A stretch of DNA of 64,000 bases from Glaucostegus cemiculus (GCA_976551045.1 CDPCPM010000326.1:248001-312000), one strand, 5' to 3'. Numbered from the stretch's first letter, positions 24,706-38,170 are shown. A program made the numbers and translations. The notes: generated by a model from the sequence alone, not told the origin.

Positions 24706-25196
24706 GGACAATTCACTCTCAGCACAGATTACTTAATCTCTGTGATGATTTGAGATTTTTAGTCACCAATTTCAACTAAATGTCTCTTGGTTCCACAAAC
24801 CACTATGGTTCCTACTTCTCACCGTGTGAGCACAGCTTCTTAGGTGGGTTATGGTCACAAATGTGCTTATCTTGCTTAAAACCATATTTATTTTGAAGTG
24901 TATTATAGGGATGTTTTTGATTCGACTGCTCTTGTTCAACTCTGGAAGCCAAACTTGGATGAACGAGACTCATGTGTTCTCAGTCCTTTTTCAACATGAT
25001 GTGATAGTTTGAGCATAGTCACAAGATCTGAAAGGAATTGTCTCAGTATCAAGCTTTCTCAATCCAAAGAGGTAACAATTTATTTACAAGACAGCATCTG
25101 TTTGAATCACTAAGGTTTTGATGCAAATGGAAGCACGGACTGTGAAACTGTTATGTTTCAAAAGCAGTCATACCACGTGACGCTACTGTTCTAATG

Positions 25197-25347
25197 NNNN
25201 NNNNNNNNNNNNNNNNNNNNNNNNNNNNNNNNNNNNNNNNNNNNNNNNNNNNNNNNNNNNNNNNNNNNNNNNNNNNNNNNNNNNNNNNNNNNNNNNNNNN
25301 NNNNNNNNNNNNNNNNNNNNNNNNNNNNNNNNNNNNNNNNNNNNNNN
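25197..25347. other. Assembly gap (151 N)
   Basis: Run of N. Confidence 0.99.
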
Positions 25348-25864
25348 GTATAAAACTGCCCAAACTGTTCCTTTCAGTGACGGCAGCACAGGGATTGCCA
25401 TTGCCTCTGGGGGGGATGATCCGAATCATTACAGAACTCCTGTGATCTGCCAGCACTGACACTGGATACTTGTTCACATTGCACCTTATAAGTGCAGATT
25501 GTGTCAACAATACTGCTGCCCCTGTGCCTTGGAGGTCTGTTTAGTTAGGGAGAGATCAGAGGGATTAATTTCAAATTAAACCCTACTGTCTGTCTAACTG
25601 TTCCAATTTGCACCATTTAAAATGTCAATGCTCTAATTCCTAATCTCTCCTGATAGCCCTGAGGAAAGTGATGGTTCTCTTCCCATGATGTCTACACTCA
25701 CAGAGAGTAGTCATTGATAAACTGCTGTTAGATCTCACAGAATTTGTGCTGGTACAGCAAGAATTTTAAATAACATATTCCTCTGGTCACAGAGACACAG
25801 GCAGCAAGGAAGTCCCTCAGTTGCTAAACTCACCTGGAAAGTACAATACTGGAAAACCCATGGT

Positions 25865-25985
25865 ATTCCCAAAAATATCGACTGTTTATTTCCCTCCATA
25901 GATGCTGCCTGGCCTGCTGAGTTCCTCCGGCATTTTGTGCGTGTGTTGCTCCAGATTTCCAGATCTGCAGAATCTCTTGAGTCTT
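25865..25985 (-). mobile_element. Penelope-like terminal fragment
   Basis: tttccctccatagatgctgcctggcctgctgagttcctcc...atctgcagaatctc. Confidence 0.55.
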
Positions 25986-26584
25986 CCATCAGATGAGTTC
26001 CAGTCCGTCAACAACAGTAGCTTGTCTTTGTGTAACATTTTAAACATTTCACAGGAGCATTATTGAACAAAACTGAATTTAGGTCACAGAGGGACAGACA
26101 ACCAAAGTCTCAGTAAATGAGATGACTCATCCAAAAGAAGGTGAGTGTGAGCAGGAGAGATGGAAAGATTTAGGGAGGAAATTTTGTGGCCAAAGCAGCT
26201 GAAGGCACTGTTGTGAATGGGACAGCTACAGAAATCGAGGGATGGAAACTGGCCAGAATTAAAGACCTTGGAAGCTGTAAAGATGGAAGAGGTTACAGAG
26301 GTAACTCCAACAGATCAATCCATTGGCTACAACTCTGATTACAGAGTTCCCATACTTCTGTGTACTACATAATTCAACAACAATGAAAAATCAATTGCAA
26401 AGGAAAATTGGGAAATCTGCAACTTTTACCAAGTTCGCAAAGTTTTCCTTCTGTAGTCTCCCTGTAGCTAATGATGAACACACTGAGGATTCTAGCTATG
26501 CATATTGGCATGCTAGAGATAGCAGTTCTGGGAGCTTGCATGGTTCAAGAGACTCAGACGGTGGCGGCTTTCACAGTAGAGTCA

Positions 26585-26880
26585 CGAGTCATGAGGTCAT
26601 ATAGCACAGAAACAGGCCCTTCTTAACAGATCTTAACAGATCCATGCCCATCTAAGCTAGTCCCATTTGCCCACATTTGGCCAATATCTCTCTAACCCTT
26701 TCCTATCCATGTACCTGTCAAAGAACCTTTTAAATGTTGATAATGTACCTGCCTCAGCTACTTCCTCTGGATGCTCATTCCACATACCCACCACCCTCTG
26801 TTTCCTATTAAATCTCTCCCCTCTCACCTTAATCCTACACCCTCTAGTTCTTGATTCCCCAACTCTGGGAAATAGACTCT
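26585..26880 (-). mobile_element. CR1 3' UTR fragment
   Basis: atagcacagaaacaggccctt...cattccacatacccaccaccctctg. Confidence 0.75.
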
Positions 26881-28357
26881 TCGGGAATCAAGTGTTGACA
26901 GCTGAGGTGAGCAGGTCACATCCCATCAGAGTCTGGCACTGGGAATGTGCCTCAAGTAAGTTCCTTCAATTTGAATGCCTAATTGTCATGGTGATTCTAT
27001 CTTGGACCATTTTATGTAGGCAGTTAGGAGTGAACAACGTTGGCGTCACATCGAGGCCTCAGGTTTTCTTTCATCATTCTAGCAACTGTTCCATGATCAC
27101 TTTCATGAAAATCTAACTTTTATTTATTTAATTAATCTGAATTTTAAATCCCCATCTACTACAATGGAATTTGAACTATAAATCTTGTTCATTTATCCAG
27201 AGCCCTGAATTAATTTACCCAGGGTCTTGTAATTTAACCATGATGCTATGTTTTTCTACACCTTTCAGCTGAAACAGATGAGGGCACAGTACTTCTTCCT
27301 GTGAACATCACTAGTGCCCTGGATCTGAAAAAGACCCATTTATTCCTCCTCTTTATCATCTGTCCTCTAACAAACCTTCATTCCTGCCCATGTGTTACCT
27401 GTATCACTGTGAGCCTTGATTTTATACAACAATCATTGATGTGAGACATTATAAACTGCTGTTTAAAAATCTAGTGATTTCCCCTTGATCTACCTCTACA
27501 AAATCCTCCACTAATTTTGTGAAACACCATTTTCCTAAAAAAACCCACAGCTTTTATCCCAATTTAATCACTATTTTCTGCTATATTGTCTTCATTCTGA
27601 ATTCTATAATTTTGCCAGTAACTGAATCAGATTAATGTCGATAAATCCTTACTTCCCCCTTTTTTCCTGAGTAATGGGGTCACAGTTTCCTTCTCCCAAA
27701 CTGTTGGGACCAGTCCTGAACCGAAGTGCATTTTGGAAGATTATTACAGAAGCCTCCGTTGTCTTTTCGAATTCTGAGATAAAGGTTGTTTGGTACATGA
27801 GACTTATTGGCATTTATGATTTCTGCTATGATATAAATTAACTTATTTTTTCCTCTCATTGGAAAACTTTCATATGTTTTGGTGCCTTCCACTTTGAGAA
27901 CAGAAGTAAAAAAAGTTTCATATCTCAGCTGTGTCCTTGTCCCATGATAACTCCTGCCTTAGCCACTGGACTCACCTCTCCCTGTACTCTTCATTCTTCC
28001 TGAATTGTAGAAGCTCAGAGAATCAGTTTCTAATTCTCATATTCTAGCTTCAGTCAATATTTTCGGTATTATGTGCTGCTTTTAGAACTCAATTCTCAGG
28101 CTTACTTTTGGGCTTGGCAGGACTATAATGCACTTTTTTCAACCTAATACAATCCTCCACCTCCTTACTTGGCCTTGGACGGGTTGTTTTTTCCTGTGGG
28201 TTGCTTTTACTTAATGAAATGTACATTGATCGACAATTCTGAAATCTGCCTTTACATATTTTCCGCAAAGAAAAGATTTTATGACAATGAATGTTCTATA
28301 ACCTTTTCCTAACTTCATCCTTCCAATGAAAAAATAAACATTATTGATCTGTAAACA

Positions 28358-28887
28358 ATATTGTGTTCATTTCTGGTCGCCTCATTATAGGAGGGATGTG
28401 GAAGCCTTAGAGAGGGTACAGAGGAGATTTACTAGGATGCTGCCTGGATTAGAGTTAGGGTTAGGGTTATGAGGATAAGCTGAGTGAGCTAGGACTTTTC
28501 TTTTTGGAGAGGAGGATGAGAGATGACTTGATAGAGGTGTACAAGATGATAAGAGGCATAGATGCAGTGGACAATCTTCCCAGGGCGAAAATGGCTGACA
28601 TGAGGGGTATAATTTTAAGGTGATTGGAGGAAGGTATAGAGGGGATGTCAGAGGTAAGTTTTTTATACAGAGTGAGGTGGGTGCGTGGAACGCACTGCTG
28701 GCAGAGGTTGTGGGGGCAGATACATTAGGGACATTTAAGAGACTCTTAGATAGCTACATGAATGATGGAGAAATGGAGGGCTATGTGGGAGGGAAGGATT
28801 AGATAGATACTAGAACAGGATAAAATGTCAGCCCAACATCGTGGGCCGAAGGGCCTGTACTTTGCTGTAATGTTCTGTGTTCTGTGT
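28358..28887 (+). mobile_element. CR1 LINE 3' fragment
   Basis: ORF 28620..28802 has IGGRYRGDVRGKFF..VGAWNAL; tail gggccgaagggcctgtac...ttctgtgttctgtgtt. Confidence 0.9.
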
Positions 28888-29524
28888 TGTATCTGTAGGT
28901 GTGAAGCACAGTCGCTCAGAACTCTGGACAGCAGCATCTTGAGTATCAGACCTACCCCGAGGATGAGAAGGATTGGTTTATACCCGGCTCTGCATCTCAG
29001 CTTTCATCACGTTAAACTATTCCGGAATGATGCAAATGCCGGGGCAGGAGGTGGTGGGAAAAGTGGGAAGGGAATCCTTACCAGACCATGAAGAGCTAGC
29101 GACTCATTCACTACAAGAATGACACACCCTCAGGGGAACGCTGTGGACCAATTAAATAGGAAGGAATAAAATAGCCTGTGCATAGTGGTGCACAAAATGG
29201 ATTTTATTAAGTAAGCATTTCTGCATGGTCAGTTTTAAAATATCCAGTATGTGCAAGCTTAAGATTCTGTTCACAGTATTTTCCAGTACACTGGACACAG
29301 AGGTCATTTTGCATTTGTCATGTGCGCACATATTGGTCACATGAAGCTATAAGTGAACTGTCTTGTTGATGGGATGATAGGAATAAATAGATTGGTGATC
29401 AGGGATTGGGCTTCTTCAGTTCACAGGAAATACTGGTCATCACTCAGATCTCAGACTTATGCCTGGCACTTTCAGACACGCTGAACTGGAAGGATTTTGT
29501 TGAAAGACTAGAGGAGATGGAGAG

Positions 29525-31288
29525 GTGAGGGCTTGTGACGGTGACTTCTCCCTACCGGACCAGCTGAATGAATTCTACTCAAGGCTTGAGGCCATGAACA
29601 ACACACCTGCTTCAAAAGCCCTGCCTTTGCCTGGAGAACAGGCTCTGAGTCTCACCCCGATCAACGTGGAGAGAGCCCTGTCACAGGTCAACCCTCGAAA
29701 GGCTGCGGGACCGGACAACATACCGGGACAGGTACTTAGGGACTGTGCGGGCCAGCTAAAAGATGTACTTGCAGACATCTTCAACATCTCCCTACAGCAG
29801 GCTGTTGTTCCTAAGTGCCTCAAATCTGCCACTATCATACCTGTTCCGAAGAAGTCACCTGCAATGTGTCTGAATGACTACCGTCCCATAGCTCTAACAC
29901 CTATTGTCATGAAATGCTTTGAGAGGGTAGTCATGAAGCACATCAGATCAATCCTTCCCCCAACCACAGATCCTCATCAGTACGCATATTGGGCAAATAG
30001 GTCCACAGATGATGCGGTTTCCTCTGCCCTGCACTCTGCGCTATACCACTTAGAAAGGAAGGATTCGTACATTAGACTACTGTTCATTGACTTCAGCTCC
30101 GCATTCAATACCATCATCCCACAACAGTTAATCAGGAAGTTGAGTGCACTGGGCTTTAACACACCTCTCTGCAACTGGATACTGGACTTTCTTACTTGCA
30201 GGCCACAGTTGGTCAAAATTGGTGTAAACACCTTGAGCATCATCACACTGAGCACTGGCTCCCCGCAGGGTTGTGTGCTCAGCTCGCTCCTGTTCACCTT
30301 GTTGACTCATGAATGTATGGCCAGATCCAGCTCCAACCACATTGTTAAGTTCGCTGATGACACAATAGTGGTGGGTCTTGTCACAGACAACGATGAGTCA
30401 GGCTAAAGAGAGGAGGTGAAGCAACTAGCCATGTGGTGCAGGGACAACAACCCCTCCTTGAATGTGGAAAAAACCAAGGAGATGATAGTGGATTTCAGAA
30501 GGGGTCACCGTGTGCATGCCCTGCTGACCATCAACGGGTCTGCTGTAGAACAAGTAGGCAGCACCAAGCTGATGACCTGACTTGGTCCACTAACACCACG
30601 GCCCTCACCAAGAAAGCCCAGGAACGCCTCTACTTCTTGCGGAGACTGAGGAAAGTGAACTCCCATCCTTCGATAATGAAAACTTTTTATAGAGGGACCA
30701 TCGAGAGCATCCTAACTCAATGTATCACTGTCTGGTTTGGGAGCTGCTCAGCTGCTGGGCGGAAGTCCCTCCAGAGGATAGTAAGGGCAGCGGAGAAGAT
30801 CATAGGTGTCTCTCTCCCCTCCGTCGCAGACATATACAAGGACCGATGTGTTAGGAAGGCCAAAAATATAATGTTGGATCCTTCTCACACCTCCCATCAT
30901 CTCTTCACACTCTTGCCGTCTGGAAAGAGGCTCAAATGCATCAGGGCGAGAACGACGAGGCTGTGCAGTAGCTTCTTCCTGCAAGCCATCAGAACTGTGA
31001 ACTCTCTCATTCCTCCATCTACCCTGTTAACACTAAAGGATGCTAGGTGCTCAGAAATGCACCAGCACTTTAAATGCCTGCTACCAGTTCGTTCACTTTA
31101 AAACTATTTATTTAACCTGCTGAATTTAATTTAATTTTTGTGGTTTTAATGTTATTTTTAGTGTGTGTCAGTGTGTCTCTTTTGCTTGTTATTTAATGTG
31201 ACGTGCACCTGTGGAGGACAGTATCTCGCTCCTATGCAGACTGTGTGTGTGTATATGGTTGTGACAATAAAATGATTCTGATTCTGAT
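29525..31288 (+). mobile_element. Rex1/Babar-type LINE, 5'-truncated, RT domain with one stop and one frameshift
   Basis: [70 protein letters not shown]; tail gtgacaataaaat(gattct)n. Confidence 0.95.
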
Positions 31289-31619
31289 TAAATGAAAGCA
31301 GCAAATGTGTCAATTAGCAACTCATGGAAAATACGTAGAGCTGCACTGTAGTTCCAACAGCCTCACTAGTACATACCAACATTTGCTCTCCACACACCAA
31401 ACTATCCAAATCACATTTACCCCTGTTCCCACGTCCACTGGAGCAACACACAAAGGAGCTGAGGAACTCAGCAAGTCAGGCAGCATCTATGGAGGGAAAT
31501 GGACAGTCGGCGTTTCGGGTTGGGACTCTGAGTCCCAATGGAGGTGTTAACAATAGATCATTGCTGGGTAAATCATCACGTACCGGAGAGAAGAGATTCC
31601 ATGAGCAATGGATCAGATC

Positions 31620-33140
31620 AAAGTTCTGCAGTTCTCCCTCATATTGTCATGAATGATTGTGGACAATTAACCAACTAACAGGAAAAGCAGGCTCCAGCAA
31701 CATCCCCATCCTGAATGACAGCAGAGTCCAGTGTGTGAGGACAAAACTCAAACCAGAAGCATTCACAACCATGTCCAGACACAGTGCCAAGTGGATGATC
31801 CACTTTGGGTTCTCCTGAGATCCTCCCCCTCACAGACATGATTCATCTGATTTTATTCACTCCAGATGACATCAGACAACAGAGGAGAGTATTGGATACA
31901 ACAATGCCCATGAGAGCAAATACATCACAGCAGAGGTACTGGAATTGCACATGTGAACAAGCTGTTCTAGTACAGTTACAGCATTGGCATCTACACGATA
32001 ATGTGGAAAATTGTCCTGGTACATCTTGCTTACTAATAAAAAAAGATGTATCCAATCTGGTTGAAAGGTCCACTGTCAATCCATGGCAAAATGAAGGGAG
32101 GCATCAGTGACATTGCTTTGACACAGCACCTGCTCTCAAGAGTCTGCTTGCCGATGCCCAGTTAGGTTCTGTGAGCACCAATCCACTCCAGACCTCATCA
32201 CAGCTTTGGTCTCAATATGGAACAAAGAGCTGAATTCAGAGGTGAAGTGAATGGTGACTTTCCAACACCAGGGCAATGTTTGAGTGTTACATCAAGTAAA
32301 ATTTAAGTCAATGGGCATCAAAGGGAAAACATTTGGTTGGCACCATAACTCACATAAATAAAGCTAATTGTGGATTTGAGGTCAGTTACCACACTCCAGG
32401 ACATCACTACAGGAGTTTCTCAGGGCAGTGTCCTGGGCCCAACCATCTTCAGCTGCTTCATCTGACCTTCCCTCTGTCATAAACTCACAAGTGGGGATGT
32501 TTGCTGATGATTGCACAAAGTTCAATTCCATTCGCAACTTTTCAGCAAGCTTTTGGTTACTTACCCTCATAGTTCCAGATGTGGCTAGCATCAGACTTTT
32601 GGTTACTTAACCTCACAGTTCCAGATGTGGTTAGTGTCAAACTTTGCTTCACCCACCTTCCTTCCACATTCAATGATATTACCATCACTCCTCCCACCAT
32701 CCATATCCTGGGCATTAGCATTGATCAAAAATTCAATGTATAAATACCACAAGAACAGGTGAAGGGGCAGGCATCCTGTGGTAAGTGTCTCCCCTCCTGA
32801 TACCTCAAGACTTTTCCACCAGCTACAAAACATGAATGAGGTGCATGATTGAATATTCACAACTTGCCTGGATGAGCACAACTCCAACAGACTTCAGGAA
32901 GCTCGCCACCATCCAGGGCAGAGCAAATCACTTGACTGGCACCTCATCAACCACCCACTCCCTCCTGCAAATGTCACACTATCTTGGTTTGGAAATAAAA
33001 TCCTGTTCCTTCAGCCCAGTTCTGGAACTCCCAATGAAACAGTACTGTTGGAGAACCTCCACCAACACGCTTCCCAAGGGCAAATGTGGAAGGGCAATAA
33101 ATGCAGACCTTCCCAGCAATGTCAACATCTCCAAACGTGA
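31620..33140 (+). mobile_element. Old decayed CR1-group LINE (RT to 3' end)
   Basis: GVSQGSVLGPTIFSCFI coding at about 32412 and VGMFADDCT in ORF 32428..32610; heavily interrupted. Confidence 0.75.
32550..32645. repeat. 46-bp tandem duplication (2 copies)
   Basis: cttttggttacttaccctcatagttccagatgtggctagcatcaga / cttttggttacttaacctcacagttccagatgtggttagtgtcaaa. Confidence 0.85.
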
Positions 33141-33660
33141 ATAAACATTACTGCATCCAGTCTCATTGTTTGCTATTTTAAAATTCCCCTGATTTTAATC
33201 TCATGTGCCTTCAAAAGGAAGTGAACTTACTGAGGTGTTATGTGGGCACCAGAAAACAACTCATTCATTTTTCTCCCAATCGGGTAGGTTAAATTAACCC
33301 TCATTATCTTGGCAACATTCTAACATTCAGTAACACTCCATCTCACAAGCCCTCTATGTTGCCAGCATGCCTAGAGGCACATGATAGAATGCTCTGAGCA
33401 AAATAACTACAAATCGTAACACTTCTGAAAGCTTAAAAGGAAAGGAAATTGAACATAACAAATGCACCTACTGCACCAGATTGTCCCATTGGGAATGGGG
33501 AAAATGCTCAAATTTCAACATGAAAGAAACTAAGGCTCAATTCCTTCACCAAGTTTCTCACCACTGATGACTATTGTTCAAGTTTCTGCTCACATGCTCT
33601 GACTAAAGTTGTAAACTTTAATCTGGAACTCTTTACTCAAATAAGGGTAAGGTTTTGCCA

Positions 33661-33810
33661 GATCAGAATCAGAATCAGTTTTATTGTCACTACCATATAC
33701 ACATTCAGTATGCATAGGAGCAAAACACCGTACTCCACAGATCAAGGTGCTCGTCACATTAAAAAAACAATGAGAGACACAAAGGCAGAAAGACATTAAC
33801 AACATTAACA
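33661..33810 (-). mobile_element. Rex-type LINE extreme 3' tail (family of the 29.5 kb and 48.9 kb copies)
   Basis: atcagaatcagaatcagttttattgtcac...gtatgcataggagc is the reverse complement of the 50630-50697 tail. Confidence 0.8.
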
Positions 33811-34341
33811 AATCTTCCTCATCTTAAATCTTTTCCTGTGAGCCACTGTACTGTGCTATAATGTTCTATGTTCTATGTTCCTCTGGTGTTTCGAGTTCTT
33901 TCTTCTCAAAGTCTCACAGATCCACATGAAAGTCATTAGACAGCTCTCTGATTGCTCAGCAATGTGCATTTAATACCACATCATTAAATATCCTAAGATA
34001 CCTCCCAGCAGTGCCATTGAGCAAAGTCTGATGCTAGGCCACATCTGGAACTACGAGGTCAAGTAACTTGCTGAAGGGTTTTGGTTATGAGAAAAGAGAG
34101 GTAGAGAGGTTTATTTGAGAGAACCCCACAATTTACAGACTTGGCCATCGGAGGCACAGCCACCAAAGGAGGAGAGACTAACATTACAGGTGATCAGGAG
34201 CCCAAACCTGGAGGAGCTGAGAGGGTTGTTAGGGCTGGAGGAAATTCCAGAGGAAGAGTAGAGTTCCTGGAAGAATTAAAATTATAATTTTAAAATAATG
34301 AAGTCCAGATGCAAAATATTGTCATACTCCAATATCAACTG

Positions 34342-34883
34342 TCATCCATTATGGGCACAACCGTTCCCACCATCAGAATCAGGTTTATTATCAGTGACAC
34401 ATGTTGTGAAATGTGTTGTTTTGTGGCAGCAGTACAGTGCAAGATATACAAATTACTATTACTATAAGTTACAAAAATAGAGTACATCTTCAATAGGCAA
34501 TGTCTCAAGAAGGTAGCATCCATTACCTAGGACGCTCACTATCCAGGACATGCCCTCTTCTCATTACTAGCATCTGGGAGGAGGTACAGGAGTCTGAAGA
34601 CCCACACTCAACGATTCAGGAACAGCTTGTTCCCCTCCGCCATCAGAGTTCTGAACAGTCCATGACCCATGAACACTACTTCATTATTCCTTTTGTTGCA
34701 CTATTCTTGAGATGCTGCCTCTTGAAGATGTCCCCTATTTTTGTAACATAGTAATAGTAATTTTCATGTCTTGCACTGTATTTATTTTGTAATTTATAGT
34801 AATTTATGTCTTGCACTGTACTGCTGCCACAAAACAACAGATTTCATGACATATAAGTCAGTGATAACGAACCTGATTCTGAT
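34342..34883 (+). mobile_element. Rex-type LINE 3' fragment rearranged into a fold-back
   Basis: Collinear with 52478-52838 apart from two inserts: an inverted tail (34372-34480) and an inverted copy of the junction (34704-34780). Confidence 0.85.
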
Positions 34884-35599
34884 AATTTACCTCACCCGAC
34901 TATAGTTTGGGATATTGCTGGTGAGGTAGTGGAGGGTTCAGCTGGATAGAATCAGATCTCTGGAAGTTGACTCTACATGGTTCTGGTAACAACACAAGGA
35001 TGAAGAGGAAGAGAGGTCAAGGATGGTTCTTTAGAGGATGGGTGATGAGATAGAGGCAGGAGGAGAAGCCATTGCACTTATTGACAGAGCTACATCAGTA
35101 AGACTGGAACCATGGATGGACAACACGGGGAGGCATTGATGGAGCATGGTTGATGTAGCAGTGCACATTATAGGTCGACACAGAGAGAGATGATGTCCTC
35201 TGTCACACTCAGCGACATTGATTGGAACTAGTGTTGGAGCAGGAATACTGAAGAGATTCAAAAATGGAGCTAAAAGCATGAGGAAGATACGTTTGGGAAC
35301 TACAATTACAGTCAGGAATGTTGGACTGTGAATGTGTTTTGGAAGAGGGATAGGGTTGGAGCTCTGAGGGGAGTGGAGGTTGTTGCTAATAGTTATGAAT
35401 AGAAGGGGGACAATTGTGTGAGAAGAGGGTCTGCCTCAGGACCTATGTGGGGGCTTGATCAGCACATTGGGCAGTGGGTAGTTTAGTGGGAACAAGGCCA
35501 AGGCAACAGGAGGAAATCACCCGAGGTGAAAGGAAGGCACAGGGTTGGAACAGGAGCCAGGGGAAACAAGCCCATGCCCAACACCCTTGACTCGGGAAA

Positions 35600-36028
35600 A
35601 TTGGTACAGTGAAAAACTGGTCTTGCTTACCCTTCATACAGGTATTTCACTGCAACAGTGTATTGAAGTAGTACAAGGTAAAACAATAATAGAAATCAGA
35701 ATAAAGTGTTACAGTTACAGAGAAAGTGCAGTGCAGGCAGACAGTAAGCTGTAAGTCACAATGAGGTAGATTGAGAGGTCAAGAGTACATCTTATTGTAC
35801 TTGGGAACTGTTTAATAATCTTAAAACAGTGGGATAGAAGCTGCCCTTGAGCCTGGTGGTATGTACTTTCAGGCTTTTGTATCTTCTGCCCAATGGGAGA
35901 GGGGAGAAGGGAGAATGTCCGGGGTGGGTGGTGTCTTTGCTTCACCGAGGCAGCAAGAAGTGTAGACAGTGTCCATGGAGGGGAGGCTGGTTTCCGTGAT
36001 GTGCTGAGCTGTGTCCACAACCCTCTGC
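35600..36028 (-). mobile_element. Rex1/Babar-type LINE 3' fragment
   Basis: LQRVVDTAQHITETSLPSMDTVYTSCCLG in ORF 35869..36084(-). Confidence 0.85.
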
Positions 36029-36079
36029 AGGGAAGCACCCATCTGTATTCCAGTATCCCAGAGGTCAAATGGTACAGCA

Positions 36080-36500
36080 CTCATTCAGCTCTGACAGTGT
36101 TGAGCTCAATCAGTACTGCCTTCCAATACCACCTCACCCCTCAGTACTGCACAAGAAGGTCAGCTTGGAACTTATGCTCAAGATTTTGGAATGGGTCTTG
36201 AATCCATAACCTTCTGACTGAGAACAAAATGTCTTATATTTATGTTGTGCCTTTCATTTACCTTTCAGAATGTCCCAAGTCCTTCTACAGGGTGATGCGT
36301 GATCTCTGTTATGATGCAGGAAATGTAAGCATTGATTTGCACACGGCAAAGGACCCCACATACAATAAAACAACAATCTGTTATGAGAAATAATCATTGG
36401 CCCCGGGATACAGCTAGTCTTCTGTTCTTCATGACAGTACTATGGGATATTAAATAGGGCCTTACTTTAACATCCAACCTGAAAAATGCTCCTCAGGGAG
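36080..36500 (-). mobile_element. Deu-domain SINE fragments (two adjacent pieces)
   Basis: ccctcagtactgcac...tatgctcaag...cttgaatccataaccttctgact (head) and gtgcctttca...atgtcccaag...tttgcacacggcaa (3' part). Confidence 0.6.
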
Positions 36501-37672
36501 TGTCCTTTGGTACAACAATGGACATTGGGTCGGTGGGTTAATTGGCTGCTGCAAATTGTCCCTGGTGTGTAGATGAGGAATAGAACCTGAGGGGACCACT
36601 GCTGGGAATGTGTGGTGAATGAAATGGGATCAGTGTAAATGGGTGCTTGATGGTTAGTAAGGAATTTGTGGCCCAAAGGGCCTGTAACTACACTGCAGGA
36701 CTCTGTGTCAGTCAACAATTGAATCTCTCTGGTGGGCCTGGAACCTGCAACCTCGATCTGCAACTTTATGCGCCCAACCTGTGTTTTTTTAAACTGTTAT
36801 TAAGAAACTAAAACCTTAAGGAAAAGGTTGGGAATGAGCAACAAGAGTCTGCTCAATTAGCGGAGCCCAGGTTGTGGTTCTGAGAGGAGCCATCGTCGCT
36901 GGTGAAAGAACAGAACTATATTTAGCTTTTGGGAAAGTGAAGAATTGATCGCATTTTGAAACACAATGGAGAAAGTCTGTTCCAGTTCTGATAAGATTTA
37001 TAGGTGTGTTCATAAAACTGAAATAGGGACACTTGGGAATAACGTAAATTGAATGAAACAGCTTCCCTCTAAAGCTGGAGTGACATATTTTCCTCGGAAG
37101 TTGAGCTCCCGTGGAATTGTTGGCTCCCTTGGCAATGAGCTGAGCCTTCTTCAGTTCCTGTATGCTGCAAACATCAGCCCTGCTCTACTATGAATAATAC
37201 ATTAAGTATCGGTGAGTTTATCAGGACGACAGCAGTAACAGCCTACAGCAGAATAACAAGGCTCGCAAATTAACTGAGCAGGTAGTGCCTGGAATTTGTT
37301 CCCTCGGTGGGACTGAAGGCACACAGCAGAGCCACTGCATAGTGCTTTCTGAAATAAAGCCCCTCAGTCCCTGGGATCGTGCAGTGCACATATGTGTGTC
37401 AATGTTCCAGAGAGAGGCAGGAGGGATTCAATGCCACTGTACGGGACCCACAGAACCGAGTCCCTCAGCCAGAGTGTGGATGTGAATGGTAATTCTTGGG
37501 AACAACTGTCAGGAATTTGGACCTTCACCCATAACACCAACAGGACATCCTTTATCAGGCACACTTCTGGACGGAGGCTGCTGGGTGTCTCATCTCTCTC
37601 CTCCATGAGTTCATCCCACACCAGTTTGCTCAGTTGTCTTTGGTAGCCCTGGTTATTCTGTGCTGTTGTCAG

Positions 37673-38170
37673 TGGAGCTTGCAATGTGTGTGGCTGCTGC
37701 TTTCCCTACACTGTATCTCAGAAGGTATCTCACTGGGAGCTTGCAATGTGTCTGGCTGCTGCTTTCCCTACACTGTATCTCAGAAGGTATCTCACTGGGA
37801 GCTTGCAATGTGTGTGGCTGCTGCTTTCCCTACACTGTATCTCAGAAGGTATCTGACTGGGAGCTTGCAATGTGTGTGGCTGCTGCTTTCCCTACACTGT
37901 ATCTCAGAAGGTATCTCACTGGGAGCTTGCAATGTGTGTGGCTGCTGCTTTCCCTACACTGTATCTCAGAAGGTATCTGACTGGGAGCTTGCAATGTGTG
38001 CAGCTGCTGCTTTCCCTACACTGTATCTCAGAAGGTATCTCACTGGGAGCTTGCAATGTGTCTGGCTGCTGCTTTCCCTACACTGTATCTCAGAAGGTAT
38101 CTCACTGGGAGCTTGCAATGTGTGTGGCTGCTGCTTTCCCTACACTGTATCTCAGAAGGTATCTAACTGG
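37673..38170 (+). repeat. Minisatellite, 8 x 62 bp
   Basis: Unit gggagcttgcaatgtgtgtggctgctgctttccctacactgtatctcagaaggtatctcact starting at 37673, 37735, 37797, 37859, 37921, 37983, 38045 and 38107; near-identical copies. Confidence 0.97.

Noticed and set aside
25151-25510. ORFs spanning poly-X, with CACGTGACG and TATAAAA beside the gap
   Set aside because: The ORFs are gap artefacts, and the promoter motifs cannot be evaluated across missing sequence.
26440-26600. Plus-strand acceptor with two open frames (ANDEHTEDSS.. / MMNTLRILAM..)
   Set aside because: No convincing donor; runs into a CR1 tail; no partner exon.
29525-30406. Intact reverse transcriptase gene or novel RT system
   Set aside because: Ordinary 5'-truncated Rex-type LINE with a stop and frameshift. 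The same applies to 48941-50397 and all CR1 ORFs.
37673-38170. CRISPR-like array or Cys-rich repeat protein (ORFs 37634..38203 and overlapping)
   Set aside because: Units are head-to-tail with no unique spacers and there are no cas genes. The 62-bp unit is not a multiple of 3, so the ORFs just cycle through frames.
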